Part shown: piece by piece, positions 20,467 to 30,922 of the stretch | Layout of the letters: each line of letters opens with the position of its first letter | How positions within the stretch are numbered: the first letter of the stretch is position 1 | NCBI GenBank assembly: GCA_965653535.1 | Contig: CBFHAG010000005.1 | Location: forward strand, 6,037 to 70,036 | Length of the DNA stretch: 64,000 nt | From: an uncultured Sphingobium sp. | GTDB lineage: Bacteria > Pseudomonadota > Alphaproteobacteria > Sphingomonadales > Sphingomonadaceae | Reading direction: 5' to 3' | The notes under the pieces: generated by a model | Seen by the model: the letters and a program-made list of their open reading frames with translations, nothing else | Database searches by the model: none | What the model was told of the DNA's origin: nothing | Translations under genes and position numbers: made by a program

Positions 20467-20777
20467 ATGACGCTGATCCACCATGCATTTTTCTGGTTGA
20501 AGAACCCCGGATCTTTGGACGACAGGGATAAGCTGGTCGCCGGGATCGAAACCTTGCGTAACATAGGGCAGGTCGCCCGCCTCACATCGGCGTGCCTGCC
20601 CCGACGGAGCAGCGCGATGTCGTGGAAGCCGGTTATGATGTCTCGGAACTGATGTTCTTCAACTGCGTCAGCGACCAGAAGGCATATCAGGACCATCCCA
20701 CCCATCAGGCGTTTGTCGCCAAATATGGGCATTTGTGGAAAAAGGTCGTTGTCTATGATGCGCTCGACCTGAATTGA
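20467..20777 (+). pseudogene. Dabb (stress-responsive alpha/beta barrel) protein with a 1-nt frameshift near 20583
   Basis: HHAFFWLKNP...LVAGIETL in one frame, continuing as IGVPAPTEQRDVV...YQDHPTHQAFV in another. Confidence 0.75.
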
Positions 20778-20915
20778 CAGGAAGGCTTGGATATAACGTG
20801 TTCAGGACCGCTCAGAGCACGCGGTATCGTCGTGGTGGAAACGCGGTAGCGGTCGATAATCACGGGGCATGACGACCGTCCCGGCGCGCGAGGCCACGTC
20901 TGTCGATCTAATCTG

Positions 20916-20931
20916 ATGTAATCCTTTACAT
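20916..20931. promoter_or_regulatory. LacI-type operator-like inverted repeat ATGTAA-TCCT-TTACAT
   Basis: Perfect 6-bp arms 63 bp upstream of the permease operon; central CC rather than canonical CG. Confidence 0.55.
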
Positions 20932-20993
20932 ACAATGGTGCCCAGTTTAGGCCGGTCAGCGAAAAGCATAAGCTTGAGTGGGAGAGAAGGCAG

Positions 20994-22244
20994 ATGGCTG
21001 CAAATGGCGCGATTGCGGAAGCTGCTGGCGCAGCAACTCCGGCGACGCTGACTGCGCGTCTCAGCGCGATGATGTTCATGCAATTTTTCGTATGGGGTGC
21101 ATGGAACGTCACGCTGGGCCTGGTCATGCAGACGGTCGGGATCGGCAGTCTGATCGGCAACGCTTTCTCGGTCGGTCCAATCGCTTCGATTGCGGGGTCT
21201 TTCCTGCTCGGCATGGCCGCCACCCGCTATCTCAGCCCCAGGATGCTGATGGTGATCCTGCACCTGGTCGGCGGCGTGATATTGTTCGTTCTGCCTTCCT
21301 TCATCACGCCGGAAACGGGCAGCAGCTTCGTCTGGCTGCTGCTTTGCTACATGATCCTTTATATGCCGACGGTCGGCCTGGCGAACAGCATTGCGCTGAA
21401 GAGCTTTGGCGAACGCGTCGACAATTTTCCCTTCGTGCGCGCTTTCGGCACATTGGGCTGGATCGCGTCGGGCCTCATCATCGGTTGGGCGGGCTTGTCG
21501 GCCAGCCCGCGGATATTCACCATCGCGGCCGTCGTGTCGATCGCGCTGGGCCTGTACAGCTTCACCCTTCCCGAGGTCGAAGGAGATGCGCCGCGCGACG
21601 AATCCATCGTGCGGCAAGTGCTCTGTCTTGAGGCGTTCGGCCTGTTGCGGCAACGGTCCTTCCTGGTCTTCATCCTCAGCGCGACTTTGATTTCTATCCC
21701 GCTCGCCATGTATTATGCTTATGCGTCACCCTTTGTCGGGGCGACCGGCATCAGCAATGTCGGCGGCACTATGTCGATCGGGCAAATGTCCGAGCTGGCT
21801 TTCATGTTCTCCATGCCATGGCTTTACCGACGGTTTGGAGTGAAACCTCTGCTGCTGGTCGGCATGATCGCCTGGGCGGTGCGCTATTCCCTGTTTGCCA
21901 TCGCAGACGGCGGGGACTCTCTCTGGGCCGTTTATGTCGGCGTCGCCCTGCACGGCGTCTGCTATGACTTCTTCTTCGTCGCGGGTGCGATTTATACCGG
22001 CACCATCGCGACGCCAAAGGGCGTCAATGCGCAGGCGCAGGGCATGCTGACCTTGTTCACTTATGGCGTGGGCATGTTGCTGGGATCGCAGATCGGCGCG
22101 CTGCTCTATGCGCAGCTGCCCGATATGCCGACCATTGCCGACTGGCAGCATATGTGGTGGTATCCCGCCATCGCCGCCGCGGTGATCGCGATCCTCTTCC
22201 ACCTTACCTTCCGCGACGACAGCAGGGCGACGACCACAGCATGA
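20994..22244 (+). CDS. MFS permease, NupG/XapB nucleoside:H+ symporter family
   Basis: LSAMMFMQFFVWGAW, FPFVRAFGTLGWI, GQMSEL, LHGVCYDFFF. Confidence 0.88.
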   Translation: MAANGAIAEAAGAATPATLTARLSAMMFMQFFVWGAWNVTLGLVMQTVGIGSLIGNAFSVGPIASIAGSFLLGMAATRYLSPRMLMVILHLVGGVILFVLPSFITPETGSSFVWLLLCYMILYMPTVGLANSIALKSFGERVDNFPFVRAFGTLGWIASGLIIGWAGLSASPRIFTIAAVVSIALGLYSFTLPEVEGDAPRDESIVRQVLCLEAFGLLRQRSFLVFILSATLISIPLAMYYAYASPFVGATGISNVGGTMSIGQMSELAFMFSMPWLYRRFGVKPLLLVGMIAWAVRYSLFAIADGGDSLWAVYVGVALHGVCYDFFFVAGAIYTGTIATPKGVNAQAQGMLTLFTYGVGMLLGSQIGALLYAQLPDMPTIADWQHMWWYPAIAAAVIAILFHLTFRDDSRATTTA

Positions 22245-23320
22245 CAGATTCAAAGGGTATGAAGGGGCCGGGCATTTTCCTGGCACAGTTTCTGGGTGAT
22301 GCGGCACCGTTCGACACGCTCGAAAATTTTGCGCGCTGGGCGGCGGGCCTGGGCTATGTCGGTCTCCAAATTCCCTGCGACCCCCGGTTGATCGACCTTC
22401 CCCGCGCTGCGGAGAGCAAGGCCTATTGCGACGATCTCAAGGGCATGCTGGCCAACCATGGACTGGAGGTCACGGAGCTTTCGACCCATTTGCAAGGACA
22501 GCTGGTCGCCGTCCACCCCGCTTATGACCCGCTGTTCGATTCCTTTGCTCCTCCTGCGCTGCGTGGCAGGCCCGAGGAACGGCAGCTTTGGGCGGTCGAC
22601 CAGATCAAGCTCGCGGCCAGCGCCAGCGCCCATCTCGGCCTGTCTGCACATGCGACCTTTTCGGGCGCGCTGGCCTGGCCTTATGTTTATCCGTGGCCGC
22701 AGCGCCCGACCGGACTAATTGAAGAAGCCTTCGCCGAACTTGCCCGGCGCTGGACGCCGATCCTGGACGTGTTCGAAGATGCGGGCGTCGATTGCGCCTA
22801 TGAAATCCATCCCGGCGAAGACTTGCACGATGGCGTTTCCTGGGAACGTTTCCTAGCGGCGGTGGATCATCATCCGCGCGCGCGCATCCTCTACGATCCT
22901 TCGCATTTCGTGCTGCAACAGCTCGACTATCTCGATTTCATCGATCGCTACCATGACCGGATATCCTGCTTTCATGTAAAGGACGCCGAATTCAATCCGA
23001 CCGGACGGTCGGGGGTCTATGGTGGCTATGACAATTGGGTCGACCGCGCAGGGCGGTTCCGCTCACCGGGCGATGGTCAGGTCGATTTCACCGCGATCTT
23101 CAGCAAGATGGCGCAATATGGCTATGCCGGCTGGGCGGTGCTGGAATGGGAGTGTGCGCTCAAGCGGCCCGAAGACGGCGCGCGGGAAGGGGCACCCTTC
23201 ATCCGCGATCATATCATCCGACTGACTGAACGCACATTTGACGATTTTGCGGCAAGCGGCGTTGATGTCGGGTCGATCCGGTCGCTGCTGGGTCTTTCAG
23301 GGAGCGCAGGCGATGACTAG
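22241..23320 (+). CDS. Sugar phosphate isomerase/epimerase family (xylose-isomerase-like TIM barrel)
   Basis: [53 protein letters not shown]. Confidence 0.88.
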   Translation: MTDSKGMKGPGIFLAQFLGDAAPFDTLENFARWAAGLGYVGLQIPCDPRLIDLPRAAESKAYCDDLKGMLANHGLEVTELSTHLQGQLVAVHPAYDPLFDSFAPPALRGRPEERQLWAVDQIKLAASASAHLGLSAHATFSGALAWPYVYPWPQRPTGLIEEAFAELARRWTPILDVFEDAGVDCAYEIHPGEDLHDGVSWERFLAAVDHHPRARILYDPSHFVLQQLDYLDFIDRYHDRISCFHVKDAEFNPTGRSGVYGGYDNWVDRAGRFRSPGDGQVDFTAIFSKMAQYGYAGWAVLEWECALKRPEDGAREGAPFIRDHIIRLTERTFDDFAASGVDVGSIRSLLGLSGSAGDD

Positions 23321-24461
23321 GCGCGCGCTTCGGCTCGGCATGGCAGGCGGCGGGGAAGGGGCCTTCATCGGCGCAGTTCACCGGATGGCCGTCGGCCTGG
23401 ACGACGAATGGCAATTGTCGGCGGGCGCGTTCAGCACGGACGCGGGTCGCAATGGCCGGACGGGCGTGTTGCTGGGGCTGGACCCACAACGTGTCTATCC
23501 CTCCGTTGAGACCATGCTGGCGGCGGAGCGGGCGCTGCCGGAAGATGTGCGGATCGATGCGGTGGCGATCGTTACCCCTAACCATCTTCACGCGCCCATG
23601 GCGATTTCCGCGCTGGAGGCGGGTTTCCACGTCTTTTGCGAAAAGCCGATGGCAATCAGTGTCGCAGAAGCCGAGGCTATTTTGAGGGCCGTGGACAGCA
23701 GTGGTCGCCGCCTGGCGCTCGCCTTCACCTATAGCGCATACCCGCTGGTGGAGGAGGCGCGGCTCCGCGTGGCGCGCGGTGATTTCGGTGCGATCCGACT
23801 GGTCCAGGTCGAATATCTGCAAGGCTGGCTCAGTCTGCCGATCGATAGCGAAGGCGACCGGCAGGCCGAATGGCGTACGGACCCGGCGCGCGCCGGGCTG
23901 GGCGGTTGCCTGGGTGATATCGGTACGCATGCCTTCCATCTGGCCGAGCATGTGTCGGGCCTGCGCGTACAGTCGGTGTCAGCCGACCTGACAACCCATG
24001 TGCCGGGGCGGCGGCTCGACGATGATGTCAACGCGTTGCTGCGTTTCGACGGCGGCGCGCGCGGCATGCTCAAGGCGAGCCAGGTCGCCGCCGGTGAGGA
24101 GAACGGCCTCAAACTCCGTATCCACGGTGAGCGCGGCGGGCTGGAATGGTCGCAGATGGAGCCGAACACGCTGATCCTGCGCTGGCTTGATCGCCCTGCC
24201 GAGATGGTGCGGGTGGGCGGGCCGGGTCTGCATGGCAGTGTCGGCAATATGGCGCGCGTCCCGGCGGGCCATCCCGAAGGCTATATCGAAGCGTTCGCCA
24301 ACCTCTACCGCGGTTTTGCGCGCGCTATTCACGGCGAAGCGAATGCCGCGTTCCCCGGCGTCGCCGACGGTTTGCGCACGATGCGGTTCATCGAAGCGAT
24401 GATAGACAATACGGGATCCGAGCGAAAATGGACCATGATCGATCCGGGAGGATCCTTGTGA
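23313..24461 (+). CDS. Gfo/Idh/MocA-family oxidoreductase
   Basis: [49 protein letters not shown]. Confidence 0.9.
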   Translation: MTRRALRLGMAGGGEGAFIGAVHRMAVGLDDEWQLSAGAFSTDAGRNGRTGVLLGLDPQRVYPSVETMLAAERALPEDVRIDAVAIVTPNHLHAPMAISALEAGFHVFCEKPMAISVAEAEAILRAVDSSGRRLALAFTYSAYPLVEEARLRVARGDFGAIRLVQVEYLQGWLSLPIDSEGDRQAEWRTDPARAGLGGCLGDIGTHAFHLAEHVSGLRVQSVSADLTTHVPGRRLDDDVNALLRFDGGARGMLKASQVAAGEENGLKLRIHGERGGLEWSQMEPNTLILRWLDRPAEMVRVGGPGLHGSVGNMARVPAGHPEGYIEAFANLYRGFARAIHGEANAAFPGVADGLRTMRFIEAMIDNTGSERKWTMIDPGGSL

Positions 24462-24552
24462 GCAAATCCATGGGCCGAGGCATCGCTGCTACCTGACCGC
24501 GACGGCTTTGACCGCGCATGCCGCTCCCGCGCTGGCCTAGTCGGCCCCGAAT

Positions 24553-24831
24553 GCTCCACCGCCCGCTTTCGCTGCCTACCGTGCCTGTCATGTTGTCCAA
24601 AAGGGTGGCCGCAACGGCGTCGGCCCCAATCTCTACGGCGTTGTGGGCCGTCCGGCCGCGTCCGCGCCTGGCTTCAACTATTCAGTCGCATTCAAGGGCA
24701 AGCTACGCGATTCACATTTCGCGCTGCTTGATCTAGGCGCGCGACCTTGCCAGCGGCCCTATATCCGACGCAGGCCGATCGCTATGTTACGTCTCGTCGA
24801 GCCCGGCCCGGGCGCGCATGACCATATATAG
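24553..24831 (+). pseudogene. Cytochrome c2-like remnant
   Basis: FAAYRACH...GGRNGVGPNLYGVVGRPAAS..GFNYS; CxxCH reads YxxCH; in-frame TAG at 24538-24540; C-terminus diverges. Confidence 0.75.
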
Positions 24832-24904
24832 CGTCACCGCTTGGCGCGTGTCGATCCCATTGCCCGGCAGGGCTTGCCACCGCAGCGCTCAATATGCGCA
24901 TCAT
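24740..24904 (-). pseudogene. Possible mobA (molybdenum cofactor guanylyltransferase) remnant
   Basis: ATGA start coupled to the fdhD stop (MMRILSAAVA); DRPASDIGPLA (GPLAG-like motif) appears in another frame. Confidence 0.45.
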
Positions 24905-25671
24905 CGCGCGCGAAGCAGGCTGTCGGGCCGCGCCAGGACATAGAGGCGCAGATTTGCTTCCCGTGCCCGGCGAAGGGCCAATGTGGTGGGAGCCGAGATC
25001 GTGACAAGCGTCGGGCAGCCCGACAATACGGCCTTCTCAACCAGTTCGTAGGAGCAGCGGGAGGACAGGAGGGCAAAGCCGCCCTCCCACGCCAGCCCCT
25101 GGCGTAACATCGCGCCCACCAGCTTGTCGAAAGCATTGTGACGGCCAACATCCTCCCGCACCAATCTTATCTGCCCAGTCGGCGCGCAAAGTGCTGCGGC
25201 ATGAACGCCGCCGGTGGCCTGATTGAGCGGCTGATGATCGTTCAGCGCTGCCAGGGCCGCAAAGATCGCCCCTTCCGCAATAGTTGCGGTATCGGGCAAG
25301 CGCGGCAATGGGCGCATGGCCTGTTCAAGATTTTCCAGGCCGCAAAGACCGCACGATGACTCCGATGTCCGATGCCGTACGCGATCATGAACGCGGAGCT
25401 GTATCTCGACGGCAAGCCCAACGCGCAGGATGACGCCATCCTCTGTGTGGTGGACATCGACGCCCTGCACTTGATCGGGTCCGTCGATCAGCCGCTCGCT
25501 CCACGCGAAGCCATAGGCCAGATCTTCCAGGTCCTCCGCTGTCGCCATCAGCACGGCATAGCCTATGCCGCCCGGTTCGATCGCAACAGGGACTTCCTCC
25601 GCAATCGCTCGCGACCGGGTGGAGTGCCCTCCGTTCGTCTCGATCAGATCGAATGTCGCGTCAGGTGGCAT
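24901..25671 (-). CDS. fdhD: Formate dehydrogenase accessory sulfurtransferase
   Basis: EEVPVAI, SSCGLCG, TGGVHAAA, REDVGRHNAFDKLVG, SRCSYELVEKA. Confidence 0.93.
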   Translation of the reverse strand: MPPDATFDLIETNGGHSTRSRAIAEEVPVAIEPGGIGYAVLMATAEDLEDLAYGFAWSERLIDGPDQVQGVDVHHTEDGVILRVGLAVEIQLRVHDRVRHRTSESSCGLCGLENLEQAMRPLPRLPDTATIAEGAIFAALAALNDHQPLNQATGGVHAAALCAPTGQIRLVREDVGRHNAFDKLVGAMLRQGLAWEGGFALLSSRCSYELVEKAVLSGCPTLVTISAPTTLALRRAREANLRLYVLARPDSLLRAR

Positions 25672-27970
25672 TCGCAGCCAAGCTACTGCGTGCCATCGTC
25701 ACCCGTATCGATTTGTAGGACGGTGTACCGCTTGATCGGTCATGATCGTCCAGTGGGACGAGGCAATTGGCCTCAGGATAATAAGCCGCAAGGGAGCCGC
25801 GGGCGATTTCATGGGCAACGACCGTGTAGCCATTGAGTGACCTCCCGGACCCGGCCTGGATATCGACTAGATCACCATGAACCAGGCCCAGGTCGGCGAG
25901 ATCGTCGGCGTGGGCGAAGATCACGTCGCGGCGCCCGGTGATGCCGCGATAGCGATCGTTCAGTCCGTAGATGGTGGTGTTATACTGGTCATGGCTGCGG
26001 ATGGTCGTGAGGATCAGCGCGCCTTCCTCTCCCGATGCTCCAGTGAGCGGATGGACGAGGAAATGGGCTTTGCCCGACGGTGTGTTCCACTTGCGCTCCG
26101 ATGCGCCAACGGGCAGCCGAAAGCCGCCCTTCTGCCGAACGCGGACGTTGAACTCCCTGAAATCGGGAAACACTGCCTCTATGGCGTCGCGGATGCGATC
26201 ATAGTCGGCGACCAGCCAGTCCCATTGGATCGCGCTGTCGGGCAATGTCGCCTTGGCCATGCCTGCAACAATGGCCGGTTCGGACATCAGGTCGGATGCC
26301 GCTGGCTTCAGAAACCCGCGCGAGGCGTGAACCATCGACATGGAATCTTCGACCGTGATCCATTGCGGCCCCTCTGCCTGCTCGTCCAGTTCCGTGCGCC
26401 CCAGACAAGGCAGTATGATGGTTTCTTTCGCAAGGAGCAGGCAGGTCCGGTTGAACTTGGTGAGGATGTTGACTGAGAGGTCGAGCTTGCGAAACGCCTC
26501 GAAGCAGGCATCCGGGTCGGGCATGGCGACGGCGAGATTGCCGCCGAGCGAGATGAGGGCCTTTGCTTTCCCCTCCCGCATCGCCTGGAGCGATTCGACC
26601 GCCGCATGGCCATGCGCGCGCGGGCTGGTGATGCCGAAATGGGCGTCGAGCCGCGCCAGCATTGCTTCGCCGGGGATTTCAGTGATGCCGACAGTACGGT
26701 CGCCCTGCACGTTGCTATGGCCCCGGAGCGGACAGATACCCGCGCCCGGCTTGCCCATATTGCCGCGCAGCAGGAGCAGGTTGGCCAGTTCCTGCACATT
26801 GGCCGTCCCATTGGTATGCTGGGTAATGCCCATGCCGTAGCAGAAGATGACCCGCTCGGCTTTCCAATATGTCTCCGCCATGCCCTCAATGGCGTCCTTC
26901 GATAGGCCGGAGCGGCGGGTGATTTCGTCCCATCCGGTCGCTTCCACATCCTTGCGCAGATCGTCGATGCCCAGCGTATGTTCGGCGATGAACGCACGGT
27001 CCAAAAGACCAGCTCCTCCGATTGCCAGGTCGGCGGCATCGGCCTCGAACAGTGCCTTCATCATGCCCTTCAGCATGGCGCTGTCTCCGCCTACGCGGAC
27101 CTGATGATAGGCCGAGGCGAGTTGGGTCGAGCTGGGCGACAGCATCTCGGTCGGATGCTGCGGTGACTTGAACCTCTCAAGCCCGCGTTCCTTCATCGGA
27201 TTGGCAACGACAATCGGCACGCCGCGACGGGCGGCGGCGCTGAGGGTTGAGAGCATGCGGGGGTGATTGGTGCCGGGATTATGGCCGATGCAAAAGATCG
27301 CGTCGGTCTCGTCGAAGTCATCCAGCGTTACCGTTCCCTTGCCGACGCCGATCGACCGGGGAAGGCCGACGCTGGTCCCTTCGTGGCACATGTTGGAACA
27401 GTCGGGAAAATTGTTCGTGCCATAGGCGCGGACCATCAACTGATACAGGAATGCGGCCTCATTGGAGGCGCGGCCTGAACAGTAGAATTCGGCCTGGTTG
27501 GGATCATCAAGGGCGCGCAGGCCCGCGCCGATGCGGGCGAACGCCTCATCCCAGCTGATGGGCACGAAATGATCGCTATCGCCGTCATAGGCCAACGGAT
27601 GGGTCAGCCGACCAGCATCCTCGAGTTGATGATCGCTCCATGCCCAAAGATCGGTAGCGCTGTGTTGGGCGAAGAATGCGACATCCACGCGCTTGGCCGT
27701 GGCTTCCCATGTGACGGCCTTCGCGCCGTTTTCGCAAAATTCGAAAGACGATGTTTTCTGAGGGTCAGGCCAGGCACAGCCAGGGCAGTCGAAGCCGGTC
27801 GGCTGGTTCACCTTCAGCAGCGCACGCGTATCTGTAGATGCGCCCATCTGATTGCGAACGGCCATTGCGACGGCTTTTAATGCTCCCCAGCCGCCGGCCG
27901 GACCATCATAAGGCTCGACGCCCCTGACCGGCTCGTGGGCTGCAATCTGATTTGCGTCTTCCTCGGCCAC
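25661..27970 (-). CDS. FdhF/YdeP-family molybdopterin oxidoreductase
   Basis: GTG 27970 after AGGAGG; AGGWGAL, GFDCPGCAWPD, FCENGAKA, NFPDCSNMCHE, RGHSNVQGDRTVG, RSHDQYNTTIYG. Confidence 0.92.
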   Translation of the reverse strand: MAEEDANQIAAHEPVRGVEPYDGPAGGWGALKAVAMAVRNQMGASTDTRALLKVNQPTGFDCPGCAWPDPQKTSSFEFCENGAKAVTWEATAKRVDVAFFAQHSATDLWAWSDHQLEDAGRLTHPLAYDGDSDHFVPISWDEAFARIGAGLRALDDPNQAEFYCSGRASNEAAFLYQLMVRAYGTNNFPDCSNMCHEGTSVGLPRSIGVGKGTVTLDDFDETDAIFCIGHNPGTNHPRMLSTLSAAARRGVPIVVANPMKERGLERFKSPQHPTEMLSPSSTQLASAYHQVRVGGDSAMLKGMMKALFEADAADLAIGGAGLLDRAFIAEHTLGIDDLRKDVEATGWDEITRRSGLSKDAIEGMAETYWKAERVIFCYGMGITQHTNGTANVQELANLLLLRGNMGKPGAGICPLRGHSNVQGDRTVGITEIPGEAMLARLDAHFGITSPRAHGHAAVESLQAMREGKAKALISLGGNLAVAMPDPDACFEAFRKLDLSVNILTKFNRTCLLLAKETIILPCLGRTELDEQAEGPQWITVEDSMSMVHASRGFLKPAASDLMSEPAIVAGMAKATLPDSAIQWDWLVADYDRIRDAIEAVFPDFREFNVRVRQKGGFRLPVGASERKWNTPSGKAHFLVHPLTGASGEEGALILTTIRSHDQYNTTIYGLNDRYRGITGRRDVIFAHADDLADLGLVHGDLVDIQAGSGRSLNGYTVVAHEIARGSLAAYYPEANCLVPLDDHDRSSGTPSYKSIRVTMARSSLAANAT

Positions 27971-28155
27971 TCGCGCCTCCTCCTTTCCCTGCACTATTGC
28001 GCTTTTGGATACGCCAATCAAAGCAGGATGTAGTCAGAGATTCATCTGCGCGAAACGGCTCCCTCTTGCCTATCACATATTGATTATGCCCGGCGACCGG
28101 CAGGGCCTGCTTGCGTCGCGAAGGCAAGCCGATCCTCCGGTCAGTGCCGACCCGA

Positions 28156-29331
28156 TTATTTGCCGAACGTTCCGATATAAAGTCCTGTTGGATGGCCAGA
28201 CTTTCCGGTGGGATCCTTTATTGCGAAAGCGATGCGGTGGCCGTCAGGCGAGGCCGCCGATTGATGTGCCTGAGCGCCCGATGGGCTGACATGCGTCAGC
28301 GCCCGGCGTGACTTACCGTCCATGGTGATGACAAAGATGTCGAAGCCCTTGCCGGAATGAGTCGCGGCGATTTCAGCGGCACGGGGCTCTCCCTTGACGC
28401 GCAATATCTGTTCGACGCCTGGCCGGATGTGGGCCGTGATGCCGCGATAGGGGCCGTCAGGGTCGGAAAAGAGATTGGCTTCCTCCAGGCCATAATGTTC
28501 GTCGGGGAAGACATGGGTCTCATTATGGGAGGGGGTGGCGTAAACCTTGCTGACCGCCTTGGTCGCGATATCGACCTTGTACATTTCGCTATTCAGCGCC
28601 TCCATTTCGGTGGTCCAAAACATGACGCTCCGCCCCCCGTCGATGAAGTCATAGGCTTCGGGGAAGCTGGCGGGGCCAGGCTTGCCAGGGCGATAGTCAT
28701 AGAGGCTCTGTTGGTCGGCGAGATGCGCGGTGTGCCCGTCATTGATCAGCCGGGCCTTGACCAGTTCCAAACCTGTTGCGGTCGGACGCGACCAGGAGAT
28801 ATCGACCGATCCATCGGCATTCGCGCTGCGGGCGATTGCAATATCGCCCATCGCGCCGCTGTTGAGCGCAACCGGGCGGGCGAGCGCTTTCGACATCCAG
28901 AAAAGCTGGGTCCGCGCCACGTCTGCCGCTCCGCCACTGCCCCCCTTCATGCCGGGTGCGGCTTCGATCAGGAAGCTGTCGTCGGGTAGATAAAAGATGC
29001 GGGTGACGAACTGGGTTTTGCCGAACTTGCAGGTAAGGCAGCGCACCTTCTTCGTGCGCATGTCGATTTCATATGCTGGGCTGTCGACCAGATCGTCCTT
29101 GGTAAAGGCGATGCGGCGGCTATCGGGCGACCAGTTGGGTCGGCTGCCCCAGTCCAGAATGCGTTCCTGACGGAAAGGAGCGGTCAGATAGTCGATCTTC
29201 GCATCGCTGGCCGATACAGCAGGCGCGGCGAGGACAGGCGCTGCGATGAAGGGCAGCGCGGCGGTCAGTAGCGCCGCGTTCAGAAGGCGGGCAACGAGTG
29301 TGGGCTTGCCACCGACATTTGGATTGATCAC
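28156..29331 (-). CDS. Secreted TolB/PD40-like beta-propeller protein
   Basis: Signal peptide; WGSRPNWSPDSRRIAF, SPDGHRIAF; paralog of 36766-37833. Confidence 0.65.
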   Translation of the reverse strand: MINPNVGGKPTLVARLLNAALLTAALPFIAAPVLAAPAVSASDAKIDYLTAPFRQERILDWGSRPNWSPDSRRIAFTKDDLVDSPAYEIDMRTKKVRCLTCKFGKTQFVTRIFYLPDDSFLIEAAPGMKGGSGGAADVARTQLFWMSKALARPVALNSGAMGDIAIARSANADGSVDISWSRPTATGLELVKARLINDGHTAHLADQQSLYDYRPGKPGPASFPEAYDFIDGGRSVMFWTTEMEALNSEMYKVDIATKAVSKVYATPSHNETHVFPDEHYGLEEANLFSDPDGPYRGITAHIRPGVEQILRVKGEPRAAEIAATHSGKGFDIFVITMDGKSRRALTHVSPSGAQAHQSAASPDGHRIAFAIKDPTGKSGHPTGLYIGTFGK

Positions 29332-29356
29332 GTCTCAGGCTCCATGGTTCGATTTT

Positions 29357-30295
29357 CTAGATGGTTGGTTCGTGCGATGCGCCAAGGCTTTGCAGCACGG
29401 TGGCGCGGGCAGGGATGGAAGCAGCCGCTCCCAGCGATCGGACGGCGACCGATGCTGCGGCATTGGCTTCCTGCGCGGCCCGTTCTATCCCGTCGCCACG
29501 GGCGAGCCCCGCTGCGAGATACCCGCAGAAGCAGTCTCCAGCGCCAGTCGTGTCAATCACGGTCGCAGGGAGTCCCGCGATGCGGACAATGCCGCTTTCC
29601 CCAATGATCGCCAGGCCGTCAGCCCCCAATGTCACGAGCAGCGTCTGACCGTGCGTCAGTCCGAGCAAGTTACGGCTCAACAGTAGTCCCGCATCGTCCA
29701 GCATTACCCCGCCGTCAGCGCCGGTGAGCAGGGCCAGTTCGCTTTCATTGACGATGAGCAGGTCACAGAATGGCAGAAGCTGGCGCGCATCGGACGACGC
29801 AGGCGCGGCGTTGAGGATCGTGCAGGCTCCGGCTGCGCGGGCCCGATGGAATAGTGCTGCCGTGGCGGAGGCGGGCGTCTCCATCTGAGCAAGGCAGACG
29901 TCGTTCGGGCCAAGATCGACCCCGGTTGCAAGCGTCGTATCGACATCGCTGTTCGCCCCTGCGATATGGATGATCTGATTGTCCTGTGGCGATGTCGCAA
30001 CCAGCGCGCAGCCCGTGGCGGAGGAGGTGACCCGCAGCCGCGCGGTATCGACGCCATGATTGGCGAGAGCGGCCATCATGCTTGCGCCGTCATCATCGGC
30101 CCCGACTGCGGCCAGCAAGGTGCAATGCGCCCCCGCCCGCGCGGCACCGACCGCCTGATTTGCGCCCTTGCCGCCCAACTGACGCGTCACGCTGGTCCCG
30201 GATACGGTTTCGCCCGCGCAGGGCAGGCGGGGGGTGCTGACGAGCAGGTCGACATTGACGCTCCCCAGCACGATGACTTTGCCCGCACCGGCCAT
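29357..30295 (-). CDS. Ribokinase-like PfkB carbohydrate kinase
   Basis: GSVNVD, GGKGANQAV, NAAP, VNESE, DTTGAGDCF. Confidence 0.9.
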   Translation of the reverse strand: MAGAGKVIVLGSVNVDLLVSTPRLPCAGETVSGTSVTRQLGGKGANQAVGAARAGAHCTLLAAVGADDDGASMMAALANHGVDTARLRVTSSATGCALVATSPQDNQIIHIAGANSDVDTTLATGVDLGPNDVCLAQMETPASATAALFHRARAAGACTILNAAPASSDARQLLPFCDLLIVNESELALLTGADGGVMLDDAGLLLSRNLLGLTHGQTLLVTLGADGLAIIGESGIVRIAGLPATVIDTTGAGDCFCGYLAAGLARGDGIERAAQEANAAASVAVRSLGAAASIPARATVLQSLGASHEPTI

Positions 30296-30297
30296 GG

Positions 30298-30795
30298 TCA
30301 GCCGCCCTGCTCAAGCAGAGCGAGTTTGGCGACACGACGGCGGAAATGTTCTTCATCGCTGAAACGCGCCGCCAAGAAATGGCGGACGATGTCGAGCGCG
30401 ATCTGCGGTCCTGTGATCCACGCGCCGATGCACAGCACATTGACGTCGTCATGCACGACCGCCTGCCGCGCGACATAGGTGTCGTGCGCGACGGCGGCGC
30501 GGATGCCGCGCACCTTGTTGGCTGCGATGCACGCCCCCGCGCCGGTCCCACATAGCAGGATGACGCGATCGGTCTGGCCATCAAGGATGGTCTGCACCGC
30601 GCGGCGGGTGATGTCGGGGAAGTCCACCGGCTCTTCGGATTGCGCGCCCACATCGATGATGCGTCCGCTATGGCGGGCCAGAAGGTCCAGCACCGGCGGG
30701 CGCAGCGGGAAACCGGCATGGTCGTTGGCAAAGCCGATGACTTCCCGAAAAGGAATAGCCTGTTCGTCCCCCGACAATGTTTCTGGCTTTACCAT
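30298..30795 (-). CDS. RpiB/LacA/LacB-family sugar-phosphate isomerase
   Basis: DHAG, CGTGAG..IAANKVRGIRAA, HDDVNVLC, RRRVAKL. Confidence 0.9.
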   Translation of the reverse strand: MVKPETLSGDEQAIPFREVIGFANDHAGFPLRPPVLDLLARHSGRIIDVGAQSEEPVDFPDITRRAVQTILDGQTDRVILLCGTGAGACIAANKVRGIRAAVAHDTYVARQAVVHDDVNVLCIGAWITGPQIALDIVRHFLAARFSDEEHFRRRVAKLALLEQGG

Positions 30796-30877
30796 CGATC
30801 CCCCAATTTTATGCCGCACGGCCGCCGCCAAGTCCTTCACAGGTAGAATCGGACCTACCCACTGGCGTCGCGATTAC

Positions 30878-30896
30878 AATGTGGTATGACCAGTTT
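30878..30896. promoter_or_regulatory. FadR-subfamily operator candidate AATGTGGTATGACCAGTTT
   Basis: TGGT-N3-ACCA core; 16/19 identical to the reverse complement of 50496-50514. Confidence 0.65.
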
Positions 30897-30922
30897 GAAA
30901 TTCGATCAAGGGGGAGGGCAAA

